Source: Bacillota bacterium (lineage in GTDB: Bacteria > Bacillota_I > Bacilli_A > RF39 > UBA660). Taken from it: a stretch of 64,000 nt of DNA. The position numbers and the translations under genes are program-made. Of this stretch, positions 27,208 to 35,054 are shown in pieces. Location of the stretch: contig DOEC01000029.1 of NCBI GenBank assembly GCA_003524085.1, forward strand, positions 21,819 to 85,818, in the 5' to 3' direction. The notes under the pieces were generated by a model. The model was not told the DNA's origin. It did no database searches and was given only the letters and a program-made list of their open reading frames with translations. Position 1 is the stretch's first letter. Every line of letters starts with the position of its first letter.

Positions 27208-27274
27208 GTAACTACAGCAAGTTAAAAGACATGTTGTGACGTGAAAATTTAGAGGAAGAGAGGTGTTAAGAGTT

Positions 27275-27502
27275 ATGAATACTAGAAAAGGTATAGTCAA
27301 GTGGTTCAATAATCAAAAAGGTTATGGATTTATTGACTCAGGTGCTGGTGTTGGAGAAGATGTATTTGTGCATTATTCGGCTATTGAACAAGATGGGTAT
27401 AAGTCATTAAAAGAAGGCGATGTAGTAGAATTTACGTTAATTGATACATCAAAAGGAAAACAAGCAGTTCAAGTTAAAGAAGTTGAACTAACAAGGGTTT
27501 AA
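27275..27502 (+). CDS. Cold-shock protein (CspA family)
   Basis: RNP1 is KGYGFI and RNP2 is VFVHY. I preferred ATG 27275 over the track's GTG 27263, which abuts the RBS. Confidence 0.9.
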   Translation: MNTRKGIVKWFNNQKGYGFIDSGAGVGEDVFVHYSAIEQDGYKSLKEGDVVEFTLIDTSKGKQAVQVKEVELTRV

Positions 27503-27607
27503 AATATTAGGTGGCATTAAAGAAAGGAAAATAATCGACGATGACGTTTAGGCTAGTAAATAGATTTTATACAGAAACTGAAGAAGTGTAAAATTATCTA
27601 GGGAATG

Positions 27608-27629
27608 ACTACAGAGTGTAGTTTTTTTC
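27608..27629 (+). terminator. Rho-independent terminator after csp
   Basis: Stem ACTACA (27608-27613) / TGTAGT (27617-27622) followed by T7. Confidence 0.65.
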
Positions 27630-27669
27630 TTTCTTTTGTGATAGAATATTAATAGGGAGATGATGATTG

Positions 27670-28188
27670 ATGAAATATTTTATTAGAGGTGACAAATTAG
27701 CTGTAACTGATGCAATTAGGGATTATGCAATAAGTAAAATTGACAGAATGGAAAAGTATTTTGATAAACCTGAAGATGTAAGTGTTAAAGTGATTTTTAG
27801 TGTTAGAGGTAGAGAACAAAAAGTAGAAATTACTATAAATGGTATAAATTTTGATTTAAGAAGTGAAGTATCACATAGTGATATGTATGCGGCAATTGAT
27901 TTAGCTGTTGATAAATTAGAACAACAAATGAGAAAGTTTAAGAGTAAACTTATGAGTAAAGAAAGAGTAGAAATTGTTTATGATGAAGATATTATAGATG
28001 ATGATGTTTTAGAAGATGTTGTTAAAAGAAAGAAAGTTTATTTAAAACCGATGGATGAAGAAGAAGCAATTATGCAGATGGAACTTCTAGGGCATACATT
28101 CTTTGTGTTTAAAGATATTAAAACAGAAAAAGTAAATGTTCTATATAAGAGACTTGATGGAGCATATGGAGTTATTGAAACTAATTAA
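27670..28188 (+). CDS. hpf: Ribosome hibernation promoting factor (long form)
   Basis: S30AE N-terminal domain plus a C-terminal dimerisation domain (KPMDEEEAIMQMELLGHTFFVF). RBS is AGGGAG. Confidence 0.88.
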   Translation: MKYFIRGDKLAVTDAIRDYAISKIDRMEKYFDKPEDVSVKVIFSVRGREQKVEITINGINFDLRSEVSHSDMYAAIDLAVDKLEQQMRKFKSKLMSKERVEIVYDEDIIDDDVLEDVVKRKKVYLKPMDEEEAIMQMELLGHTFFVFKDIKTEKVNVLYKRLDGAYGVIETN

Positions 28189-28273
28189 TAACTCTTTTTT
28201 TCTGTGTAATTTTTGTGAAAAGACTTTTATTATCAGGTTAAATTTGGTAAAATAGATGATGGACGGTGATAAT

Positions 28274-30766
28274 ATGAACATATTTAAAAAAATGTTTGAC
28301 CATGAATATAAAGAATTAAAAAGGTTTGAGGAGTTGGCAGATAAAGTATTAGCATTAGATAGTGAAATGAGTAAGTTAACTCCACTTGAATTAAAAGCTA
28401 AAACTAGTGAATTTAAAAGTAGATTAAGTGAAGGAGAGACACTAGATGATATTTTAGTTGAAGCGTTTGCAGTTGTTAGAGAAGCTGCTTATAGAGTGCT
28501 TGGAGAAAAGCCTTATAAAGTTCAAGTAATTGGTGGTATTTGTATACATTATGGTAATATTGCTGAAATGAAAACTGGTGAAGGTAAGACTTTAACTAGT
28601 ACAATGCCAGCATACTTAAATGCTTTAAGTGGGGACGGGGTACACGTTATTACAGTTAATGAGTACTTAAGTGAAAGAGACGCTAATTGGATGGGACAAG
28701 TGTATAACTACCTAGATATTAGTGTTGGTGTTAACAAGAAAGATATGTCTAGAGAAGAAAAGAGAGAAGCTTATTCTAAAGATATAACATATACCACTAA
28801 TAATGAACTTGGGTTTGATTATTTAAGAGATAATATGGTTGTAAGAAAAGAAGATAGAGTTCAAAGAAAACTTAATTTTGCAATCATTGATGAAGTTGAT
28901 TCAATACTTATAGATGAAGCTAGAACTCCATTAATTATAAGTGGTGGGGTTAGTAAAAGTGCGGACCTTTATAAGTTAGCAGATAAGACTGCTAAGAGTT
29001 TAAGAAGTGAAGACTATAATTTAGATGAGAAAACTAGGGGTGTTACTTTAACTGAAGAAGGTATTAAGAAGTGTGAAAAACTTTTAAATGTAGATAACTT
29101 ATATGATATTAGTAATGCAGGACTCGTTCACAATTTAGATAAAGCACTTGTTGCTAATTATGGGTTTAAGAAAGATGTTGATTATGTTGTTCAAAATGAT
29201 CAAATTATTATAGTTGATTCATTTACCGGTAGACTTATGCATGGTAGACAATATAGTGATGGATTACATCAAGCACTTGAAGCTAAAGAAGGCGTTAAGA
29301 TAAATGAAGAAACTAAGGTACTTGCTACAATAACTTTTCAAAATTTATTTAGAATGTATAATAAGTTAAGTGGCATGACAGGTACAGCTAAGACTGAAGA
29401 AGAAGAGTTTAGAAATATATATAATATGTATGTTATAGAGATACCTACTAATGTGCCAGTTAAAAGAGTTGATATGGAAGACTTGGTGTATGTTAACATG
29501 AGAGGTAAATTTAATGCTCTTGCTAATACTATTGAAGAAATTCATAAGACTGGACAACCAATACTTGTTGGTACTGCTTCTATTGAAAGTTCTGAAAGGT
29601 TAAGTGATTTACTTAATAAAAGAGGAATTAAACATGAGCTTTTGAATGCTAAGAATCATGAAAGAGAGGCTCATATTATTGAGAATGCAGGGCAAAAGGG
29701 TGCTGTTACTATTGCTACAAATATGGCTGGACGTGGTACTGATATTAAGCTTGGAGAAGGTGTTAAAGAGCTAGGAGGACTTGTTGTTTTGGGTAGTGAA
29801 AGGCATGAGAGTAGACGTATTGATAACCAACTTCGTGGACGTGCAGGTAGACAAGGAGACCCTGGTACTACAAGATTTTATATTTCTATGGAAGATGATT
29901 TGATGGTTAAGTTTGGTAGTGAAAAGATTAAGGGCATAATGTTAAGTCTTGGATTTACTGAAGATACTCCTATTACACATAAAATGATGAGTAAGAATAT
30001 TGAGAGTAGTCAAAAGAGAGTTGAAGGATTTAACTATGATAGAAGAAAAGCATTACTAGACTATGATAATGTTATTAGTAAGCAAAGAGAAATTGTTTAT
30101 GAAAGAAGAAATGAAATATTAGATAAGGATAGTATTAGAGATAGAGTTCTAACTATATTTAAAGATTATGTTGTAGAGACAGTTAATGATCATTTTGTTC
30201 CAGAAGACGTGTTAACTCATAATGATATCGTTAATATATGCGAGATATTTAATTCTAATTTGTTAAAGAGTGAAAAATTAGTTGAGAAAGATTTAGAGAA
30301 TAAGAGTATAGACGAGGTACAAAATACTATTTATGATATAGTTGTAAAAGATTATAATGAGAAACTTAAGGATGTACCTAAAGAAATTCAAGATGACTTT
30401 GAAAAAGCAATAACTTTAAGAGTGCTTGATAAAAATTGGATGAACCAACTTGATAATATGGAACAACTTAAGGAAGGTATTGGTTTAAGAGGATATGCTC
30501 AAACTAATCCACTTCAAGCTTATGCTTTAGAAGGTTTTCAAATGTTTGATAATATGCTTAAGGAAACTAATAGGGAGATTACTACATATTTACTTAAGGC
30601 TGAAGTTAGACAAAATTTAGAGAGACATGAGAATAAGAATATTAAGACTAATGATAGTAGTGAAAGCACTAAGAAGACACCTAAGAAAGCAGAAAATAAA
30701 ATTGGTAGAAATGATCCATGTCCTTGTGGCTCAGGGAAAAAATATAAACAATGTTGTGGTAAATAA
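28274..30766 (+). CDS. secA: Preprotein translocase ATPase SecA
   Basis: Motifs MKTGEGKTL, DEVDSILIDEARTPLIISG and TNMAGRGTDI are present, with a C-terminal SEC-C zinc motif CPCGSGKKYKQCCG. Confidence 0.95.
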   Translation: MNIFKKMFDHEYKELKRFEELADKVLALDSEMSKLTPLELKAKTSEFKSRLSEGETLDDILVEAFAVVREAAYRVLGEKPYKVQVIGGICIHYGNIAEMKTGEGKTLTSTMPAYLNALSGDGVHVITVNEYLSERDANWMGQVYNYLDISVGVNKKDMSREEKREAYSKDITYTTNNELGFDYLRDNMVVRKEDRVQRKLNFAIIDEVDSILIDEARTPLIISGGVSKSADLYKLADKTAKSLRSEDYNLDEKTRGVTLTEEGIKKCEKLLNVDNLYDISNAGLVHNLDKALVANYGFKKDVDYVVQNDQIIIVDSFTGRLMHGRQYSDGLHQALEAKEGVKINEETKVLATITFQNLFRMYNKLSGMTGTAKTEEEEFRNIYNMYVIEIPTNVPVKRVDMEDLVYVNMRGKFNALANTIEEIHKTGQPILVGTASIESSERLSDLLNKRGIKHELLNAKNHEREAHIIENAGQKGAVTIATNMAGRGTDIKLGEGVKELGGLVVLGSERHESRRIDNQLRGRAGRQGDPGTTRFYISMEDDLMVKFGSEKIKGIMLSLGFTEDTPITHKMMSKNIESSQKRVEGFNYDRRKALLDYDNVISKQREIVYERRNEILDKDSIRDRVLTIFKDYVVETVNDHFVPEDVLTHNDIVNICEIFNSNLLKSEKLVEKDLENKSIDEVQNTIYDIVVKDYNEKLKDVPKEIQDDFEKAITLRVLDKNWMNQLDNMEQLKEGIGLRGYAQTNPLQAYALEGFQMFDNMLKETNREITTYLLKAEVRQNLERHENKNIKTNDSSESTKKTPKKAENKIGRNDPCPCGSGKKYKQCCGK

Positions 30767-30812
30767 CTCGCAAAACCCGATAAAATAAGGGAAAACGCGA
30801 GTTTTTCTTTTT
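30766..30812 (+). terminator. Probable terminator after secA
   Basis: ACTCGC (30766-30771) / GCGAGT (30797-30802), with an inner CCC..GGG pairing, followed by TTTTCTTTTT. Confidence 0.5.
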
Positions 30813-30887
30813 ATCAAAAAATAGCCTAAAATTGGCTTTAGAATTATTTTGTAGTATAATATTTAACAAATTTAAGGAGTTGAGAAA

Positions 30888-31877
30888 ATGAAAGCAGTAA
30901 ATGGAGAAGAATTAGATTTAGAGAATGATTATAATTTTTTAATGTTATGTAATGATTTTATAGTAGATATTTTAAAATGTACTGATAAATATCAATGGAG
31001 TTCCGAAAAAATAGATATTAAAGAAAAGGATATTAAAAAATTTAATTCATCAAAATATGATATATTTTATTTTAGAGAACATGGCTATGCAACAGTAATA
31101 AATAGAAGCTTATATAAACATATAGTGTTTTCTCTTGTTGCTGATTATAATACCTATGTATTTGATGCCATTAATTGTGCTTTAAGATATCACTTTGGAA
31201 CAGCATTTACCTTATTAAGGAAACCATTTAAGGACGATCTTCTTTTATTAGAAATGATTTATGTTAAAGGTTATAGATTTGTACCTGAATTTTTAAATAA
31301 ACCAATTAAAAATTTTTCTATAGATAAAATAACGAAAGAAGAAAAAAAGAAAATATTAAGAAAATGTTGTAAAAAGATTAATTTCTTCACGGGTAAAAGG
31401 ATGTATGATTTAAGATATGAAAAAAGTTCAAAGGAGAGTCTAGAAAAAATATGGAATAAAACTTCACATATAATAACAAATGCTAAGGATTATGCAACAG
31501 AAGATGGTAACTTAAATATTATATTTGCAACAGAAGATATTGTTGAAGAGAATCTTGTATATTTTTATAAAGTTTGCTGTAGTGTTCAATTATATTTTGT
31601 TACTCTTCTTTTAAATATTTTGAAAGATGAAGAACTAATATCTGAAGAATGTTTTAATCAAAACATGGGAAATTTATACTTTGCTTTTTCATGTACATTA
31701 GGAAACGATTTGCCTGAAGAAATTGTTAAATCAATAATACTTAAATGTAATCATTGTGGTTCGATTACAAATATAACAAGCAAAATGATAAATAAAAATA
31801 ATAAAAACAAGACTTTTAAATATAAATGTGAACATTGTAAAAAAGAATCAATAATAAATGGATTTATATTATCATAA
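30888..31877 (+). CDS. Hypothetical protein with C-terminal CxxC...CxxC zinc ribbon (orphan)
   Basis: 329 aa. RBS AAGGAG and an upstream TATAAT at 30855-30860. The C-terminus is CNHCGS...CEHCKK. I recognised no family. Confidence 0.55.
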   Translation: MKAVNGEELDLENDYNFLMLCNDFIVDILKCTDKYQWSSEKIDIKEKDIKKFNSSKYDIFYFREHGYATVINRSLYKHIVFSLVADYNTYVFDAINCALRYHFGTAFTLLRKPFKDDLLLLEMIYVKGYRFVPEFLNKPIKNFSIDKITKEEKKKILRKCCKKINFFTGKRMYDLRYEKSSKESLEKIWNKTSHIITNAKDYATEDGNLNIIFATEDIVEENLVYFYKVCCSVQLYFVTLLLNILKDEELISEECFNQNMGNLYFAFSCTLGNDLPEEIVKSIILKCNHCGSITNITSKMINKNNKNKTFKYKCEHCKKESIINGFILS

Positions 31878-31979
31878 TTGTTAGTTCAGTTTCAAAATGA
31901 CATTGGTAAGCGAGTTTAAAACATATAATATTAAATAAAAATAAAGAATAATATGGTATAATGTTTATAGGAGGGTTTT

Positions 31980-32753
31980 ATGGAAATAGGACAATTAAAA
32001 CAAATATTAATACAATCTTGGAATTTGGAAACATGCTCACCAGGATTAAGAGATAAATGGAATGAAGAAAATCCATCAATAGGACAATGTGCAATTACAG
32101 CTCTAATAGTAAATGATTTTTTTGGCGGAAAAATTATGAGATGCATGGCATCATCCGGAAGTCATTACTACAATATAATAGATGATGAACTTGTTGATTT
32201 AACAGTAGAACAATTTTTAGGAGAAATTCCTCAATATGAAAATGGTGAAGAGAGAACAAGAGAATATTTGTTAAGTAACAAAGATACAAAAAATAGCTAT
32301 GAGAAATTACTTTATAATTTAAAACAGTTAATTAGACAGTTTCAAGGCAAACAGTTCAAATTAATTGATTGCAATGGACAAGAGTATTTGAGTAATACCC
32401 CAGGAACATTAGCTGGCAATAGAAAATTAAAAATATATGGAAGACTTGACTGCCAATCAGCCAAAAGATGGATTGAAAAAGGTTATTATATTTCAAATAG
32501 AGTTTTTTTTCAAAATGAAGGTATAGCAATTGCTGCCGGATATCGTCCATGTGCAAAATGTATGCCTGATAAATATAAAGAGTGGAAAAATGACCAAATA
32601 AGAAAAAATAGATTTCAAATGTGTGCTGATCAAAGAACACAATTTATGTTAGAAGAAGTTTCACAAGAATTTAGAGATCTTTTACAATTATGTAGTAACC
32701 AACTTTATCTTGATGAAGATGGAATGGTAAAACAGAAGAAGAAAAAGTTATAA
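31980..32753 (+). CDS. YunG-like domain fused to Ada-type zinc-binding domain
   Basis: The N-terminus, W..ETCSP......NPS.GQCAITAL...DFFGG.I, resembles YunG. The C-terminus has the Ada_Zn_binding-like signature RLDC......N.VFFQNEG.AIAAGYRPCAKCMP. Confidence 0.55.
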   Translation: MEIGQLKQILIQSWNLETCSPGLRDKWNEENPSIGQCAITALIVNDFFGGKIMRCMASSGSHYYNIIDDELVDLTVEQFLGEIPQYENGEERTREYLLSNKDTKNSYEKLLYNLKQLIRQFQGKQFKLIDCNGQEYLSNTPGTLAGNRKLKIYGRLDCQSAKRWIEKGYYISNRVFFQNEGIAIAAGYRPCAKCMPDKYKEWKNDQIRKNRFQMCADQRTQFMLEEVSQEFRDLLQLCSNQLYLDEDGMVKQKKKKL

Positions 32754-32814
32754 AAATTGCAATACAAAAAATATTCGAAAAATACTAATTTTTGAATTTT
32801 AGATACTTTTTTAG

Positions 32815-32970
32815 ATACCTTCTGCTAGGTTTCCCGAGTGCTCTCGGAAGCTCCCAAGTGCATTCAATAGCCGAAAAGAGCCAAAAAAAGTTCTGGAAAG
32901 CTACCAAAACTCCTACTATAAAAATCCATGTGTAAGTGGCAAAAAGTATAAAAACTGTTGTGGAAAATAA
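32815..32970 (+). pseudogene. Relic 3' end of a SEC-C-motif protein gene (51 codons, no start)
   Basis: The frame is open only from the TAG at 32812-32814. It ends ...YKNPCVSGKKYKNCCGK*, compared with the secA tail NDPCPCGSGKKYKQCCGK*. The second Cys of the motif is lost. Confidence 0.55.
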
Positions 32971-33019
32971 TTTAAGATGTGGATAAACATTGTTTTATTC
33001 ACATTTTTTATATGAGTTA

Positions 33020-33570
33020 ATGGCTATGAATGATAAAATTATAGGAAATGAAAAGAATATAATATTTTATAATGATGAAGATGGAAATGCTAAGATAGAG
33101 GTATTACTTGAAAATGAGAATGTTTGGTTAAATGCTGATACTTTAGCGATTCTTTTTGATATTGATAGAAGTGACATTGTTAGACACATTAATAATATCT
33201 ATAAAGATGAAGAATTGATTGAGGATGGCAAATGTGCAAATATTGCACACATGGGTAATGATGGAAAACAGTAATTAAAGATTGTATGGTTCAGGGTTTT
33301 GCTTTAAATTATGATAGATTTATGAAAGCTAGAAAATCTGATCAAGAGTATTTTAAAAGATTACTTGAAAGAATAAAATTAATTCGTACAAGTGAGAGAA
33401 TGTTTTATCAAAAAATTACTGATATATTTGCTGAAAACTCTGTAGATTATGATAAAAATAGTGAAACAGCTATAATTTTTTATAAGACTATAAAAATAAG
33501 TTTTATTATGCAATAACTAGTAGTACTGCAGCAAAAATAATATATAATATTGTTGTGTTAGCCAAGTAAT
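33020..33570 (+). pseudogene. RhuM-family protein gene, frameshifted and internally deleted
   Basis: RhuM-like N-terminus (IIFYNDEDGNAKIEVLLENENVWLN...) in 33020-33274, and a middle block (GFALNYDRF...IRTSERMFYQKITDIF) in 33286-33516. A further fragment (TSSTAAKIIY) lies in another frame. Confidence 0.6.
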
Positions 33571-33851
33571 ACAGCGTGGTGAAGTTGTGAATGAAGAGAA
33601 ATTAATTAGTGTATAAAATAGAAATGCAAATCTTTATAATTATACTATTAGTAAAAATATTCAATTTGATTATTTGATAAGTATTATAGTTGTTATGAGA
33701 AAGTGAAAGACGCTTATTTCGTAGTTACTTATGCTTCAGTTAGAGATATTATTATTTGTGAATATATTTAAAAAATTAATACACTTTCAATAAAATTGTT
33801 GGTGCATTTTTCTTTTTAATGTGGTATTATAATTATAAGGAGGAGTAGAAA

Positions 33852-34418
33852 GTGATAAAAAAGTATATTAAGAAGTGTGAAATGTATTCTATGATTATTT
33901 CTATACTTATGATAGTTTTATCTTTGTTTTTAATATTTAAACCAATTAAATCTATTGAGACTTTTGTATTATTATTTTCAGTTATAATGCTTGTTAATGG
34001 TGTTATTGGAGTAGTTACATATTTTACTATTGAAAGTGATGAAAGATTATTTAGTTTTGATTTACTTAGTGGTATTACAAATATTATAGCTGGTGTACTT
34101 GTGTTCATTTATAGAAGTAGTTTAGTAGAAGTATTTCCTATTATGTTAGGTATTTATGTTATAGTAAGTAATTTACTAAAAATGCAAATCTCAATTAACT
34201 TGAGTAATGTACCTGAAAGTAATTGGGTTTTACTTGTTATTATGTCAATTTTAAATATGATAATAGGTATACTTTTAATTACTAATCCATTTGAGTCTAT
34301 TATAACAATTACAACATTATGTGGTATTTTCTTATTAGTAAGTGAAGTAATTAGTTTAGTAGAAGAAATATATGTTTTGATTAAAATTAAAAAATTTGAA
34401 AAAACTATAGGCATGTAG
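33852..34418 (+). CDS. HdeD/DUF308-family membrane protein
   Basis: 188 aa with six hydrophobic helices in the repeated DUF308 pattern. GTG start after RBS AAGGAGG. Confidence 0.5.
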   Translation: MIKKYIKKCEMYSMIISILMIVLSLFLIFKPIKSIETFVLLFSVIMLVNGVIGVVTYFTIESDERLFSFDLLSGITNIIAGVLVFIYRSSLVEVFPIMLGIYVIVSNLLKMQISINLSNVPESNWVLLVIMSILNMIIGILLITNPFESIITITTLCGIFLLVSEVISLVEEIYVLIKIKKFEKTIGM

Positions 34419-34438
34419 ATTTAATTTACATGTTTTTT
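34412..34438 (+). terminator. Rho-independent terminator
   Basis: CATGTA (34412-34417) / TACATG (34427-34432) followed by T6. Confidence 0.55.
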
Positions 34439-34476
34439 CTTTTGTTATGTGATATAATTAGAATGGTGGTTATATT

Positions 34477-34956
34477 ATGGCAAAAGAAAATTTTTTATCG
34501 TCAATTTATTTAATTATAAAGAATGAAAAAGGAGAGATACTTTTACAACGTAGAAAGGGTACTAAATTATGGTGTGGTTTTTTGGCTCTTCCTGCTGGGC
34601 ATGTTGATTTAGGGGAAAACGTGTATGAAGCAATGATGAGAGAAGCTAAAGAAGAATTGGGTATTGAAGTTAGAGTTTCAGATATAATTGATACTTTTGT
34701 AGTTAATAGAAAAAATGTGAGTTTACCAAATTACTTTGATGTTTATTTTGAATTTAAGAGTTACGTTGGAGAAATTAAAATTAATGAAAAAGATAAATGT
34801 GAAGAATTAGTGTGGGCTAGAATAGATGATTTACCAAGTGAAATGATAACATTTGAAAAGGAAGCTATAGCTAATAATTCTAATGGAATTAAGTTTAGTG
34901 TAATACTTGCTGATAATGAAGAAAAACTAGTTAAAATGAAAAGTGTAAATTCATAA
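34477..34956 (+). CDS. NUDIX hydrolase
   Basis: The NUDIX box GHVDLGENVYEAMMREAKEELGI fits GX5EX7REUXEEXGU. Confidence 0.85.
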   Translation: MAKENFLSSIYLIIKNEKGEILLQRRKGTKLWCGFLALPAGHVDLGENVYEAMMREAKEELGIEVRVSDIIDTFVVNRKNVSLPNYFDVYFEFKSYVGEIKINEKDKCEELVWARIDDLPSEMITFEKEAIANNSNGIKFSVILADNEEKLVKMKSVNS

Positions 34957-35054
34957 AGGAAGTTATGTCAAATTTAAAGATATAACTCTTTTTTTGTTTA
35001 AGTTTATGAAAGAAAATGATATAATTATAGTATATTATATTAAGTGAGGTAAAT

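Noticed and set aside
27503-27669. A raiA-motif RNA or riboswitch upstream of hpf.
   Set aside because: Only about 165 nt are available. The single strong hairpin plus T-run (27608-27629) is best read as the csp terminator, followed by a -10-like TAGAAT for hpf. No conserved raiA-motif features were recognisable.
30767-30887. Absence of prfB after secA, of hpt between tilS and ftsH (62649-62663), and of yaaA after dnaN, considered as evidence of gene loss.
   Set aside because: Synteny differences in one window cannot show loss, because these genes may be elsewhere in the genome. I noted them only as context.
32978-32986. A second perfect DnaA box (TGTGGATAA) near the RhuM pseudogene.
   Set aside because: It is an isolated 9-mer in decaying accessory DNA with no neighbouring boxes or AT-rich unwinding element pattern, so it is most likely chance.
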